DNA of 49,791 nt from Bacteroidota bacterium (GCA_024275455.1 JAJRZB010000127.1:1-49791), one strand, 5' to 3'; positions 1-13,972 are shown, counted from the stretch's first letter. Made by a program: numbers and translations. The notes: a model not told the origin generated them from the letters alone.

Positions 1-877
1 CCATCTCTGTAATTTCGTGTGATAATAAAATATAGCCGATTGGTTTGCTTGCATAGTCATTTATAGGAAATGAATAATAAGCATATTCCAAATCATTATT
101 TTCATACCTATTTATTTCGTCTGTTAATTTACTCTTTAGAACTAAAGGTTTAATTTCATCATTCGAATAACTATAGAAAGCTATATTATCCTTAATAACA
201 TCATTTTCATTATTTTCAAATCGCTTTGCATTATTAAAAACTTCTTTTTTAATACCAATTGCATAGGACATATTAAAAGTATTTGCCAGGCTTTCTAATA
301 CATTATTAATATCAGCTCCCAATTCTACTGTTCCAATATGTTCCCAATTGTATTCAACTGGATAAACGACTCTTAAACCCGGTCCGCCTCTTCCTACTTC
401 AATACCTGTAACTGCACTTTTCAGCTCATTTGCATCAACAACTGTGCGTCTGAATGCAGAAAGATCATCCCCGAACTTTTCCGGTCTGTGCAACCGTAAA
501 AACGATGTTGCCGGAGCCGTATGAAATTGGAATTGTTTAATTCCGTACATTGGCTTTAAACTATTTTCATAAACTGGCAATAATAATTCAGTAAGTTTAT
601 CTCTATCGCCATGAGCAAATGCGGCAACTACATTGGTGTCATTAAGTAGAACATCTAATGTCATCATTAAATTATTTTCTTTCTCGAGCATTTGTTCTTC
701 AAACATTTTTTTAAATGATGTAAAATCAGAAGTTACATGCTCTTCTAAATCACTATTAGCTTTTGAAATCGACACATAAATCAGTCCTATAATAGCTATT
801 ACCGCCCCAAAAATAATAACCATTGGAAGCTTAAATTTAATTGAATTATAAAATTTGTAGTTTTGTTTACTAAACAT
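1..877 (-). CDS. N-terminal part of a membrane-anchored Cache-type sensor protein (chemoreceptor / kinase / cyclase class; output domain lies beyond the window edge)
   Basis: Not in the ORF track because it runs off the window. My own translation from the ATG at 875-877 gives MFSKQNYKFYNSIKFKLPMVIIFGAVIAIIGLIYV (TM helix). It continues ...QFQFHTAPATSFLRLHRPEKFGDDLSAFRRTVVDAN...GIEVGRGGPGLRVVYPV, a signature I associate with Cache_3/Cache_2 extracytoplasmic sensor domains. Confidence 0.6.
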   Translation of the reverse strand, partial: MFSKQNYKFYNSIKFKLPMVIIFGAVIAIIGLIYVSISKANSDLEEHVTSDFTSFKKMFEEQMLEKENNLMMTLDVLLNDTNVVAAFAHGDRDKLTELLLPVYENSLKPMYGIKQFQFHTAPATSFLRLHRPEKFGDDLSAFRRTVVDANELKSAVTGIEVGRGGPGLRVVYPVEYNWEHIGTVELGADINNVLESLANTFNMSYAIGIKKEVFNNAKRFENNENDVIKDNIAFYSYSNDEIKPLVLKSKLTDEINRYENNDLEYAYYSFPINDYASKPIGYILLSHEITEM

Positions 878-1000
878 TGTTTTCCCCGTAAAAATTAGTA
901 AAATTATTATCGGACAAACGTATATTATATTTAGAGGGAATGAGTTTTTTTGTATAAAAAAAATGAATATTAAAGAATTGGAAAGGAAATTCTACTATTT

Positions 1001-2029
1001 TTACTGGTTTTTACTGGACAGCCACTTTTCAAGAAAAACATCTGCTAATTGATAACCGGTTTTATTTTTAACTATAATATTCTTTTCCAAAAGTGATTTT
1101 TCTGCCGTTTTAACATAACTGGGTGCATTTAGAGCATATTTTCTAATGAATTCACCTGATGTAATTTGTTTGGCTATTCCTTCATTAGCAATTGCACAAA
1201 TCAATTTCCACTGATAAGAGGAAAGCAAATCTTTATAAGTTAAAAAATGAATTTCTTTTTCAAGTAATATTTGGTTAAACAAGCTATTTATATCTTTTTT
1301 AGCTATTTCTTTGTTTTTCAAAGCAAATAATCTGCTACAAAAATATTGTGTAAAGTAAGAATGATTATTTGTTAAACTTAGTATGTATTGAACAGATTCC
1401 TTTTTTATTTTAATTCCACTTTTACGAAACATTTTTCGGATGAAATTTCTATAAACTTTCGGATCAATTGGTTCCAATTTAATAAAGTTGTACTTTGAAT
1501 TATTATGAATATTAAGTTTAACAATTAGCGAAACAATTTCTCTTTCATTACCACAAAAAATAAATTGTATGCTTTTTAGTTTTTCTGTTATTAATAAAAA
1601 TTGCTGTAAAATTTCACTGCTTAATAATGTTATAATTTGTTGAAAATCATCAATAATTATTATTCTTTTTCTGTTATCAAACTCATTAAAGATATTACTC
1701 AAATGTGATAGTAATTCGGAGTTATTTCGAACCTTAAAAAAATCTTTTTTATGACCTTCCTGAAATAAGTGATTTGCCAAAACATCTAATAACTCTTGAA
1801 TATTTAATATTTCTGAAATATTTATATAATAAGACTCTATATCTTTTTCGCTTTTAATCGATTTAACTACTTGTTTTACAAGTGCAGTTTTACCCAATCC
1901 TTTCCGGGAAAACAAAAAGGTATTCTGCTTATTTCGGAAAGATTTTATTATATCTTCAATCTCATTATTTCGATTGCAAAAATATTTTGAGGTAATCTCT
2001 GGTGAAATAATAAATGGATTTTTTTTCAT
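1001..2029 (-). CDS. AAA+ ATPase of the Arch_ATPase/COG1672 type with a C-terminal wHTH-like region
   Basis: 342 aa ORF. P-loop SRKGLGKTALV, Walker B-like RIIIIDDFQ, and overall size and layout typical of this orphan ATPase family. Confidence 0.6.
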   Translation of the reverse strand: MKKNPFIISPEITSKYFCNRNNEIEDIIKSFRNKQNTFLFSRKGLGKTALVKQVVKSIKSEKDIESYYINISEILNIQELLDVLANHLFQEGHKKDFFKVRNNSELLSHLSNIFNEFDNRKRIIIIDDFQQIITLLSSEILQQFLLITEKLKSIQFIFCGNEREIVSLIVKLNIHNNSKYNFIKLEPIDPKVYRNFIRKMFRKSGIKIKKESVQYILSLTNNHSYFTQYFCSRLFALKNKEIAKKDINSLFNQILLEKEIHFLTYKDLLSSYQWKLICAIANEGIAKQITSGEFIRKYALNAPSYVKTAEKSLLEKNIIVKNKTGYQLADVFLEKWLSSKNQ

Positions 2030-2213
2030 AAATATGCTCTTTCGTTTATTACACTACGCAAAATACGAAAGAATATTTAAATATTACAGTTTTTGTTAAA
2101 AACAGAAGATATAGTTTTAGTTTTTAAGATAAGTTTTTATGGTTTCTCTAAATGCGAAATTTTTATTTTTTAAAGTGAAGAAATGATATTTTTGATGTAT
2201 TAAAACAATTTAA

Positions 2214-2846
2214 TTAATCATCGTAAGGATCTTTTTTTATTTCTTGATCCAAAAAGAATATTCTTTTTTCTTTTTTAAACTTCTTTCTAATCTCAAATGG
2301 AAAATCCAATTCTTGATTCGATTTTATTTCAGATAAAGCATTTGCACCTCTTTTAATTTTCTTTACTATTTCATGACTGAAGCGGAATGTAATATCCTTA
2401 GTGCGAATTGTTTCCCTAATAATAAAATATTTACTTTCTTCATCAACAACCAGTTCTCTTATTTTGTCATTACCATATAAAATTTTATCAATAGTTGTTT
2501 GCTCGTTATATTCTCTTACTGCTTTTAATATTTTTACTTCAACCGGAATAATTTCTACTCTATCAAATTCTAAATTAAGTAGGGTTAACAATTCATCAGC
2601 AGTAAAATACATTCTTCCAATTAAATCACCTTCTTCGCTTATTTTTTCCTTTATAGCAACAATATCTTGTACAATATATTTCTTTCCGTCGGCAGTTATT
2701 CTGTAAACCTCACCCGGTCTGCCATTAGTTCGTGGAGTAGGAAAAGGTTTGAAATTTTTCAGAATTGCATTTTCCGGTAAGTTTTGTGCAAGCAAACTCT
2801 CTGACAAGAGTAGTACAACCAGTAAAATTAAGTTAATTGTTTTCAT
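2214..2846 (-). CDS. secreted protein of unknown function
   Basis: 210 aa ORF with an N-terminal signal peptide (MKTINLILLVVLLLSESLLAQ). I recognise no family motif. Confidence 0.45.
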   Translation of the reverse strand: MKTINLILLVVLLLSESLLAQNLPENAILKNFKPFPTPRTNGRPGEVYRITADGKKYIVQDIVAIKEKISEEGDLIGRMYFTADELLTLLNLEFDRVEIIPVEVKILKAVREYNEQTTIDKILYGNDKIRELVVDEESKYFIIRETIRTKDITFRFSHEIVKKIKRGANALSEIKSNQELDFPFEIRKKFKKEKRIFFLDQEIKKDPYDD

Positions 2847-2958
2847 AATAGTTCATTTTTCACTACAAAACTATCGAAATTAATTCACTTAAATTTATAT
2901 GGAATTTGACTAAAAATATTCTGAGTGCAAGGAATTTAACCAGACCCATTAATAATTA

Positions 2959-3642
2959 TTAATTTAACATTATATTAAACCCGATTAACGCCTTTAACTG
3001 ATGTTTCGGTTGGTTAATTGCTTTATCAGCGTCTTTGTATGTGTAGTCTTCTCTCGGATTAATATCTTGTCCATCCGGACTATAGGAAGTATCGTGTCCG
3101 TAAAGAGTTTCGGATATATAATAATCATATCCAAAATTTAACACCAAATCTATTGAAGGAATTACTCTAAAATAGTTTTCTATGCCAAGTCCAAATCCCC
3201 ATTGACTACTTGTTACATCAAAATCTTCATTTCCGCCAACATAATTAAAATTCGCGGAAAATATAGAATATCTTGGACCTGCATAAAAATAATTACGTTT
3301 TAATCCTAATATTGATTTTCTATAGAGAAAATCTAAGCTAAAATCATAAACATGCCCTTTTTTTTCAGGAACACCATTAGTGTTATTATTAATAAATATT
3401 CTCCTGGCTGCCATTGGTTCCCCCACATCTAAATAGCTTAATCCTGCTCCAAATTTTGCGGAAAACGGAAAATTTTCAGCAAAGTTTGATATTAGAACAA
3501 CAAGATGCCCACCAAATCCGTTGTTTAATCCTACTTGTATTCCTCCACTTAAATGAACATTTCTATAATGGGTATAATTGTTGCCTTGAGCATAAATAAA
3601 TGATGCTAAAAGAAATACTATTACGACAATTTTTTTTAACAT
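2959..3642 (-). CDS. outer-membrane beta-barrel (porin-family-like) protein
   Basis: 227 aa. Signal peptide MLKKIVVIVFLLASFIYAQ, followed by alternating aromatic/Gly-rich strands (GFGLGIENYF, LVLNFGYDYY). Confidence 0.5.
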   Translation of the reverse strand: MLKKIVVIVFLLASFIYAQGNNYTHYRNVHLSGGIQVGLNNGFGGHLVVLISNFAENFPFSAKFGAGLSYLDVGEPMAARRIFINNNTNGVPEKKGHVYDFSLDFLYRKSILGLKRNYFYAGPRYSIFSANFNYVGGNEDFDVTSSQWGFGLGIENYFRVIPSIDLVLNFGYDYYISETLYGHDTSYSPDGQDINPREDYTYKDADKAINQPKHQLKALIGFNIMLN

Positions 3643-3965
3643 TTGTATCTACCTCTATGAAATTTGTTTTACCGATAGCATTCAATATTTGTACCAAAAT
3701 AATTTATACTCTAAAGCGTTAATTTTGATTTAAATCACAAATATTGTCTGTATGAAAAGCTTCGAAATGAGAATAATACATTATTTAGTGTAATTTTTAC
3801 ACGTAAAAAAGTGAGACAGAGATAAAAGATTTATTAATATATAGTGATGAATTAAGGAAATTACTAAACTTTTACCAAATTAATGTAAAATAAGATAAAG
3901 ATATTTTTTAGATGATTGGGTTAAATAATTTCTAAAACTAAATTATACTAATTTTAAACTCAAGC

Positions 3966-6791
3966 CTATTTAAGTAGAAGCATTTTTCTAATTTTCACTT
4001 GATTTCCAAATTTTAATCGGTAAAAATATACCCCGCTGCTATTTTTTTGTCCATTCCATATCACTTTATAATTTCCGGATCTTTGTTTTTCATTTACTAA
4101 TGTTATTACTTCTCTTCCTAAAATATCATACACTTTTAATTGTACAGACACAAAATCTTTTGCTTCTATATTTGGTATACTGTATTTTATTGTTGTACTC
4201 GGATTAAATGGATTGGGATAATTTTGTTCTAGATTAAATTTACTAATAATAATATTCTCTTCCTTAATTCCAGTGGGAAGTTCATTATACTTATTTTTTG
4301 CTCTGAGAATACTATTTGTTAAATCAAATAAATTATCTCCGGCAGCAATCAGGAAATCGACTTCAAATTTTTTATTGGGTTCTAGACTAAACGGTCCTCC
4401 GGAAATCATAACCGATATATCGCTTGGTCCAGCTGAAGTAAAAGATAATCCGCTTGATAGAGCTTTCCATTTTTCACTATCTGAAAATCCGTCCCAAGAT
4501 ATAATTGAATCATTTGTTCCTTCGGCATCCATTGCAAAAAAATTATATTTATCTGAAAAAAGCAATGCTAAACCAATGTGCGTAGTTACAGGGTTTCCGT
4601 CATTATCCAAAGCATACCCGAAATTATTAACATTATCGTAAGCAACTATATCATCATCATAACTTGTTTCATCAATATCAAAATCCCAGAACTGTCCGGC
4701 ATAAAAATTATTAATTACTGTATCTGTTGTATTTTTAAAGACATATCTAATGAACATATAATCGGCATCGGTTTCACCGGCAAAAGAATATGTAAATAGT
4801 TAGGTTTCCAATCCTAATGCACTTGAACTTACTGCATCATCAAACTTTGCATAAATCTCTTTATCGGCAAAATTCCCCGGGATATTTAATGTTATTGGGG
4901 TAACTATTCTAAAATCCATATCTTTTTGATTTGCATCAAATCCCCGGGCAACATTATTTATAGTTGTAACTGATGTGCCGTAAATTAGGGCACCTTCAAA
5001 CATTAAATTTGGTCCGTCTTTGTAAGTCAGGCCTTTTCCTTTTAAATTAGTCGGGTAGTCATCAAAACCTATAGAACCGGTGCTATTAAATGTTAACGAT
5101 AAATTATCTGTAGTTTGAATTTGATAAGTTGGATTAATATTTAACTCAATCCACTCAAAATCATTGTATTCTGTATCTGAATATGTAAGTAAAAGATTTA
5201 AGTCAAAATTTTCAGGAGCTGAATCTGATATCTTAATTTCAAAAAAATCACTTACAATTATAGATTCGAGAGTATTTAAGGAACCAATACTTCCACCACT
5301 TTTAATTATTGCTGCATTATTATTATCAATTGATAGACTAATACTAAAATTTGTAAGAGCAGTTAAATAGTTAGTAAATTCAGGTATTATTTTAACAGTT
5401 TCTCCCGATTCAAATATACCATCTCCGTCTCCAATTTCTATAAATTCCAAATTAGTAATTCTTACGGATTTTGAATTTTGATTTGACAAAGTCTTAAATG
5501 CATTTATTCTACCGGAACCCAATAAATTTGTAAAACCGGTATTAATGTTATTTATATTGTCACAATTAACTCTTATTTGTTCACCTATTTGAAGTGAATT
5601 ATAGTAAGGAAATTGATTAAATGTGAGACCGGCTAGCCCGGCAACTATAGGTGAAGAAAGTGAAGTTCCGCTGGTAGCATGATAAAACGGAGAATCCTGC
5701 CAAGTTGAAGTTACATTTACACCCGGTGCGGTTACATCTATTTTTATTCCGTAATTAGACCAACTTGCTTTTTGATCAACATAATTAGTACCTCCAACCG
5801 AAATAACACCATCATAACTTGCCGGATAAAATTTATCTTTTGAATTATCATTACCGGCTGCGGCAACTACAAGTGCTCCTTTTGCAATTGCATAATCAAT
5901 AATTTCTTGAGCAAAATATGAATAATTGTAACCTCCCCAACTGCAATTTATTACATCTGCTCCATTATCTGCTGCATATTTCAATCCTTCATACCCGTAA
6001 GCAATTAATGCATTTCCAAGATCACTACGAAGATCATTCTGTGATGTTTTTACTGCCATTATTTTAGTTTTGTAACCAATAGAAGCTACTCCAATTTCAT
6101 TATTAGTTACTGCACTTGCTAACCCGGCAACTAATGTACCGTGATCAGCTTTATCTTCTTTCGGATTATTATCCGGAGTACCATCTAATCCTCCAAAATC
6201 CCACCCGACATAATCATCAATAAATCCATTCCCATCATCATCAATTCCGTTGTTTTGTATTTCATTCGGATTGTGCCAAATATTAGCTTCCAAATCGGGA
6301 TGTTCCCAATCAACACCGGTATCAATAATAGCTATAATCACATCTCCACTACCTGTATTAATATCCCAAGCTTGTTCAGCTTGAATAACCGGTAGATGCT
6401 GTAAAGTTCCGGCTAAATAAATCGAATCATTCGGAGTTAAAGTAACCTCATAAAGATAGTGGGGTTCAGCCCATTCAATTTCTTTTAATTTTGAAATTTC
6501 ACTTGAAATAAAAACCGGATTAAAAGGAGAAGAAAAAAAGAATGTATGAATTTTATCTGATTTTCTAATCTTTTTAAAAATCTTACTTTGAGTATTACTT
6601 TTTTCTATTAACCCAAATTTCTTAATGTTAGATTTAGATAAAATTTCCTCTAAATTATTAGGTACATCTTTGAACTTTACAACAACCCTATCAGTAAAGT
6701 AATACGAACCGTTGTTATGCTCAATATTTGACTGGGCATAACTGGAAATTATAAGAAGAAAAAAACAAACTATTCTGTTAATATGTTTCAT
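3966..6791 (-). pseudogene. S8 (subtilisin-family) serine peptidase with T9SS C-terminal sorting domain, interrupted by an in-frame TAA at 4800-4802
   Basis: ORFs 4800..6848 and 3966..4757 are in the same frame (6848-4757=2091=3x697). Read-through gives ...ALGLET*LFTYSFAGETDADYMFIRYVF.... Catalytic motifs: AIIDTGVD (Asp), DHGTLVAG (His), SGTSLSSPIVAG (Ser). The C-terminus NYPNPFNPSTTIKYSIP...GVYFYRLKFG is a Por/T9SS tail. The likely start is MKHINRIV (signal peptide) at 6791; the longest ORF starts at 6848. Confidence 0.8.
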
Positions 6792-6852
6792 GTATTTTCC
6801 TAAAACGTTTTTATTTTGCAAGCTAATAAAATGTTGATTAAAATTCATGCAA

Positions 6853-6880
6853 TAAAAAACCCTGCAAAAAGCAGGGTTTA
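6853..6880 (-). terminator. Rho-independent terminator after the PLP-enzyme gene
   Basis: Stem AAACCCTGC (6857-6865) / GCAGGGTTT (6871-6879) with a 5-nt loop. On the minus strand the hairpin is followed by a T-run. Confidence 0.6.
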
Positions 6881-6903
6881 GTAAAAAATATCTCTATGAA
6901 TTT

Positions 6904-8088
6904 TTAGGCTTTTTCTAAAGCCTGCTTTAGATCATCAATAATATCATCAACATGTTCAATGCCAACCGAAAGACGAACTAGTCCGTCTGTAATTCCGGCT
7001 GATTCCCGGGCTTCTTTCCCCATTGTAAGATGTGTCATACTAGCCGGATGTTGAATTAACGTTTCCACTCCGCCAAGACTAACAGCAAGCTGACAAAATT
7101 TAACATTATTCATAACTACTTTACCGGCTTCCAAGCCACCTTTAAGTTCAAAAGAAATCATTCCGCCGGGGGCATCATGCTGCTTTTGTGCAACATCATA
7201 ATTTGGAAACGACTTCAAACCGGGATATCTAACCCAATCAATTTTGGGATGTGATTCTAAGAAATCTGCAATTTTCATAGCGTTCTCTGAATGTTTTTTC
7301 ATTCTTATAGCTAAGGTTTTTATTCCTCTATGAACTAAAAACGAATTAAACGGATCAATAACTCCGCCAATTTGATTTAATGTTTTTCTGAAATGAGAAT
7401 ATGTTTCTTTATCTTTAACAACAATAATACCCGCTACAACATCAGCATGTCCATTTAAGAATTTAGTCATACTATGCACTACTATATCAGCACCAAACTC
7501 AAATGGTCTTTGCAGAACAGGACTCATAAAAGTATTATCTACAACAACTTGAATATTATTCTTACGAGCCAGTTCTGAAACTAATTCTAAATCAGTAGTT
7601 TCTAAAGTCGGATTCCCGGGTGTTTCGATATAAATAATTTTTGTATTCGGTTTAATTGCTTCTTCAACCTTTTTAATATCGGAAGTATTGACAAAAGTGG
7701 TTGCAATATTAAAATTACTCATAACTGATGCAAGAAGAGTTGAGGTTGGTCCGTAAACGGATTTAGAACAAACAACATGATCACCGGCATGCAAAAGTGC
7801 TGCAAAGACAGTATGTATTGCAGCCATACCGCTTGCACAGCCAAGAGCTTTATAACCGCCTTCCAATGCTGCTACAGTATCTTCCATTGCTTCAACCGTA
7901 GGATTCTGCATTCTTGTATAAATATAGCCTTTTTGTTCACCTTTAAAGAGAGAACCTCCATGTTCGGCAGATTCAAACTTAAAAGTAGATGTTTGATAAA
8001 TAGGCGGAACAACCGGTCCATGTTCATACTCACCAACACCTGCATGTACACATTTTGAAGCAATATCTAAATTTTTATTTTCACTCAT
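6904..8088 (-). CDS. PLP-dependent Cys/Met-metabolism enzyme (methionine gamma-lyase / cystathionine gamma-synthase family)
   Basis: 394 aa. YTRMQNPT motif and the PLP-lysine motif SMTKFLNGHADVVAG. The exact subfamily cannot be assigned by eye. Confidence 0.8.
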   Translation of the reverse strand: MSENKNLDIASKCVHAGVGEYEHGPVVPPIYQTSTFKFESAEHGGSLFKGEQKGYIYTRMQNPTVEAMEDTVAALEGGYKALGCASGMAAIHTVFAALLHAGDHVVCSKSVYGPTSTLLASVMSNFNIATTFVNTSDIKKVEEAIKPNTKIIYIETPGNPTLETTDLELVSELARKNNIQVVVDNTFMSPVLQRPFEFGADIVVHSMTKFLNGHADVVAGIIVVKDKETYSHFRKTLNQIGGVIDPFNSFLVHRGIKTLAIRMKKHSENAMKIADFLESHPKIDWVRYPGLKSFPNYDVAQKQHDAPGGMISFELKGGLEAGKVVMNNVKFCQLAVSLGGVETLIQHPASMTHLTMGKEARESAGITDGLVRLSVGIEHVDDIIDDLKQALEKA

Positions 8089-8099
8089 TTTTATTCCAG

Positions 8100-10574
8100 T
8101 TAAATTAAGGGCTTTTCATCATCGCTATTATTCGAGTTCTTAGGAGTATCATCCTCGGCAACAACCCTGGCTACATCGGCAATAGAGTCACCTTCTTTAA
8201 GATTGATTAACTTAACACCTTGTGTTGCTCTTCCCATAACTCTTATTTTCTTTACACCTTGCCTGATAACCATTCCGCCATTAGTAATAATAACAAGTTC
8301 ATCATTATCGCTTACTTCTTTCATTGAAATTAAGTTACCATTTTTTTCACCGGTTCTTACAGTTATAACACCTTTTCCGCCACGCTTCGTAATTCTGTAA
8401 TCATCAATATTACTTCGTTTACCAAACCCTTTATCCGTAACAACTAATAAGGTAGTTGATGATCTTACAACAATAAGTCCAATAACAATATCATCCTTAC
8501 CCAGTCTGATTCCGCGTACACCGGTTGCAGTTCTTCCCATTGGTCTTACATCTGTTTCTTTAAACCGTATTGCCATTCCCTTTCTAGTACCGATTATAAT
8601 ATCATTATTTCCATCAGTAAGTTTTACTTCAATTAATCTATCGCCTTTGGCTATATTTATTGCATTTATTCCACCACGGCGCACATTTGCATAAGCAGAA
8701 AGAACTGTTTTTTTGATAGTTCCATTTTGAGTAACCATAACAATATTTTTAGTATCAACAAATTCTTTTACAGTAACGAAAGCAGTAATTAATTCATCTT
8801 TTTCCTTCTCTACAAGGTTCTGTAAAGATCTTCCCCGGGCAGCTCTTCCGCCTTCCGGTATTTCATAGACTTTTTTCCAATAACATTTCCCTTTATCCGT
8901 AAAGAACATAATATAATGATGAGTTGAAGAAACAAACATATGTTCAATAAAGTCTTCATCTTTTGTTCCCGCACCGGTAACGCCTCTTCCTCCTCTGGCT
9001 TGTTTTCTGTAACCACTTACTGGGAAACGTTTTATAAATCCTGAATGAGAAATAGTTACCACTACTTCTTCTTCGGCTATTGTGTCTTCTAAAGAAAATT
9101 CTGTATAATCCTTAATAACTTCCGTTCTTCTTTCATCACCGTATCTATCTCTTAACGCAGTTAATTCATCTTTAATGATATTATTTCTTTTTCGCTCACT
9201 ATCCAATATTCCCCTTAGTTTTTCAATAAGCTTAATAATTTCTTTATACTCATCTTCAATTTTCTTTCGTTCAAGACCAGTCAAACGCTGCAAACGCATA
9301 TCCAGTATTGCTTTTGCTTGTATTTCACTTAATTTAAACTTCTTAATTAAGTTATTTCTGGCAGTTTCAACATCTTTAGATTTTTTAATTGTTTCAATAA
9401 CTTCATCAATATTATCTAAAGCAATTATGTAGCCTTCTAAAATATGTGCCCTTCTTTCCGCAGCATCCAGTTCATATTTAGTCCTTCGGATTAGAACATC
9501 CATTCTATGAGCTAGAAAATGCTTCATTGTTTCTTTAAGAGTTAGGACTTTTGGAACACCATTAACCAATGCAAGCATAATAACACCAAAAGTTACTTGC
9601 ATTTGAGTATGCTTAAATAATTGGTTAGTAATTACTTCCGGCTGAGAACCTCTTTTTGTTTCAATAACAATTCTCATTCCGTCTCTATCAGATTCATCTC
9701 TAATATTTGAGATATCCTGAATTTTACCATCACGTACTAAGTGAGCAATTTTTTCAATAAGATTTGCTTTATTTACTTGATAGGGCAATTCCGTAACAAT
9801 AATATTTTCTCTATCATTTTTATGGGTTTCAACATTGACTCTTGCTCTAATAACAATTCTACCTCTTCCGGTTAGGTAAGCTGATTTTACACCTTCGTAG
9901 CCAAAAATTATTCCACCTGTTGGGAAATCGGGAGCAGTTACATATTCTAATAATTCTTCATCGGCAATTGCCGGTTTATCAATCATTGCAATTAATCCAT
10001 CTATAACTTCGGTTAAGTTATGTGGTGGAATATTAGTTGCCATCCCGACAGCAATTCCGCTTGCACCGTTTAGAAGTAAACTCGGTAAATAAGATGGTAA
10101 TACCGTCGGTTCTTGTAAAGACTCATCAAAATTGGATGTAAAATCCACAGTATTTTTATCAAGGTCTCTTAAAATTTCTTCCGAAATTCTGGCTAAACGT
10201 GCTTCTGTATAACGCATTGCCGCCGGAGAATCCCCATCTACAGAACCATAATTACCTTGTCCATCCACAAGCGGGTAACGAAGTGAAAAATCCTGCACCA
10301 TTCTAACCATACTTTGATAAACAGCAGAATCACCGTGCGGATGGTACTTACCTAAAACTTCACCAACAATTCTTGCTGATTTTTTATATGGTCTGTTATA
10401 GGCTAAACCGAGTTCGTGCATTCCATATAAAACACGGCGATGCACTGGTTTTAAACCGTCTCTTACATCCGGCAAAGCTCTTGCAACAATAACTGACATT
10501 GCATAATCTATATAAGAAGATTTCATTTCCTCTTCTAATGCAACCGGTAATACTTTCTCAAAAATTGTACTCAT
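8100..10574 (-). CDS. gyrA: DNA gyrase subunit A
   Basis: 824 aa. N-terminus ...[30 protein letters not shown], active-site region [10 protein letters not shown], and C-terminal beta-pinwheel repeats. Confidence 0.97.
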   Translation of the reverse strand: MSTIFEKVLPVALEEEMKSSYIDYAMSVIVARALPDVRDGLKPVHRRVLYGMHELGLAYNRPYKKSARIVGEVLGKYHPHGDSAVYQSMVRMVQDFSLRYPLVDGQGNYGSVDGDSPAAMRYTEARLARISEEILRDLDKNTVDFTSNFDESLQEPTVLPSYLPSLLLNGASGIAVGMATNIPPHNLTEVIDGLIAMIDKPAIADEELLEYVTAPDFPTGGIIFGYEGVKSAYLTGRGRIVIRARVNVETHKNDRENIIVTELPYQVNKANLIEKIAHLVRDGKIQDISNIRDESDRDGMRIVIETKRGSQPEVITNQLFKHTQMQVTFGVIMLALVNGVPKVLTLKETMKHFLAHRMDVLIRRTKYELDAAERRAHILEGYIIALDNIDEVIETIKKSKDVETARNNLIKKFKLSEIQAKAILDMRLQRLTGLERKKIEDEYKEIIKLIEKLRGILDSERKRNNIIKDELTALRDRYGDERRTEVIKDYTEFSLEDTIAEEEVVVTISHSGFIKRFPVSGYRKQARGGRGVTGAGTKDEDFIEHMFVSSTHHYIMFFTDKGKCYWKKVYEIPEGGRAARGRSLQNLVEKEKDELITAFVTVKEFVDTKNIVMVTQNGTIKKTVLSAYANVRRGGINAINIAKGDRLIEVKLTDGNNDIIIGTRKGMAIRFKETDVRPMGRTATGVRGIRLGKDDIVIGLIVVRSSTTLLVVTDKGFGKRSNIDDYRITKRGGKGVITVRTGEKNGNLISMKEVSDNDELVIITNGGMVIRQGVKKIRVMGRATQGVKLINLKEGDSIADVARVVAEDDTPKNSNNSDDEKPLI

Positions 10575-10598
10575 AATTATCTTCTTTTTAGTTAAAAA

Positions 10599-12569
<1,971 letters not shown>

Positions 12570-12887
12570 TTAGTTTCTAAAATTTGAAAATTTTATGTTT
12601 ACTATAATTTTTTGTTTAAAAAAATCATTTATTTTTTTAACTATTAAACTTTTTTTTTGGTACAATTCACTTCTTAAAACAGAATTATCAACTATTAAAT
12701 ACAAAACACCTTTAGTTACTCTTGATGGTTTAACAGTTTTACTTAATTCGGGGAAAATATTTTCAAATTCTTCAATTACATTATTTTCTTTAATTCTTTT
12801 TCTGAATTTTGAAAATGCTTTATCACCTTCTAAAATTTCCGTTAAACTTTTAAACTTATCAGGCATAAGCAACATTCCCATTTTCAA
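12570..12887 (-). CDS. DUF721 (DciA/RemB-like) protein
   Basis: About 100 aa ORF in the classic position between recF and gyrB. Core GVLYLIVDNSVLRSELYQKKSLIVKKIN fits the DUF721 pattern. The start is uncertain (several Met codons at 12866-12887), and it overlaps the recF 3' end. Confidence 0.6.
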   Translation of the reverse strand: MKMGMLLMPDKFKSLTEILEGDKAFSKFRKRIKENNVIEEFENIFPELSKTVKPSRVTKGVLYLIVDNSVLRSELYQKKSLIVKKINDFFKQKIIVNIKFSNFRN

Positions 12888-13971
12888 CCGTTAAAAGAAG
12901 ATCACCATCTCTTTTTGTTAAGCTTTCAAGTTTTGATAAATCTGTCATAGTAATAAATGCTTGTCCGATACTGCTTAAATAACTGCTTATCTTTTCTGCT
13001 CTATATGTATCTAATTCTCCAAAAATGTCATCCATTAAAAAAATCGGTTTTATTCCCAGTTTATCTAATAAATAGAAAAACTGACTAAACCTAAGAGCAA
13101 TTTGAAATGTTTTATGCTGACCTTGCGAACCAAATTTTTTAAGTTCCAAATCATCAATATAGAATTCAAAATCATCTCTGTGGGGACCAATCAAATTTCT
13201 CGCTCTTCTTAATTCATCCTTTTTAATCTCTTCTAATTTTTCTTTAAAAATCCTCTCAACTTCATTATCATTATTAAATATTAAAGATTTATAATGGATT
13301 GCCGGATTTTCTTTTTTGTTCATTATTTGTTCATAGGGTTTCTTAATATATTCATTAAACTCTTTAACAAAATTTATTCTGTGCTTAATAACCTCCGTAC
13401 CAATTTGTACAAGAGAACTTGTCCAAGCTTCCAACTGACCAAATAATTCAGGTGAATTATATTCCTTAATTTTTTAAAGAAGCGAAGATCTGTGGCGGAG
13501 AGTTCTACTATATTCCAATAAAAGTTTTAGGTATGTTGCACTTGATTGAGAAATAATAGAATCGACAAACCTCCTTCTTTCTGCCGGCGATCCTTGGGTT
13601 ATTGCATGATCTGATTGAAGAAGAGCAACAACGGGAAACTTACCAATTAACGCAGATGCTTTATAAATCTGCTTATCATCTAAAAAAACATTTTTTTTAT
13701 TTATTTCACGGCTAAAGAATATTCTGACTTTATTAGTCGCATATTCTGAAAAACTACCGTTTATTTCAAAAAAACTTTGGTCAAATTTTAAAGCTTCATT
13801 ATCAGATGTTTGATTTAAACTTTTTGTAGTACAGAGATAATAAATTGATTCTAATAGTGTAGTTTTTCCTTGACCGTTACCGCCAATTATATAGTTAATA
13901 TTCTTTGAAAATTCTAATTTTGTATTACTATGCAGTCTAAAATTTTTTAATTCAATAGAGTTCAAAACCAT
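12859..13971 (-). pseudogene. recF: DNA replication/repair protein RecF, interrupted by an in-frame TAA at 13474-13476
   Basis: ORFs 13474..13971 and 12859..13434 share a frame (both ends are 0 mod 3). Walker A GGNGQGKTTLLE, ABC signature FGSQGQHKTFQIALR, Walker B IFLMDDIFGELD. Read-through gives ...RTLRHRSSLL*KIKEYNSPELFGQLEAW... Confidence 0.9.
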
Positions 13972-13972
13972 T

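Noticed and set aside
3788-3802. Palindrome GTGTAA-TTT-TTACAC upstream of the OM barrel gene, as a possible regulator site
   Set aside because: A single occurrence with 6-bp arms in roughly 70% A+T DNA is not beyond chance, and it resembles no consensus I can name precisely.
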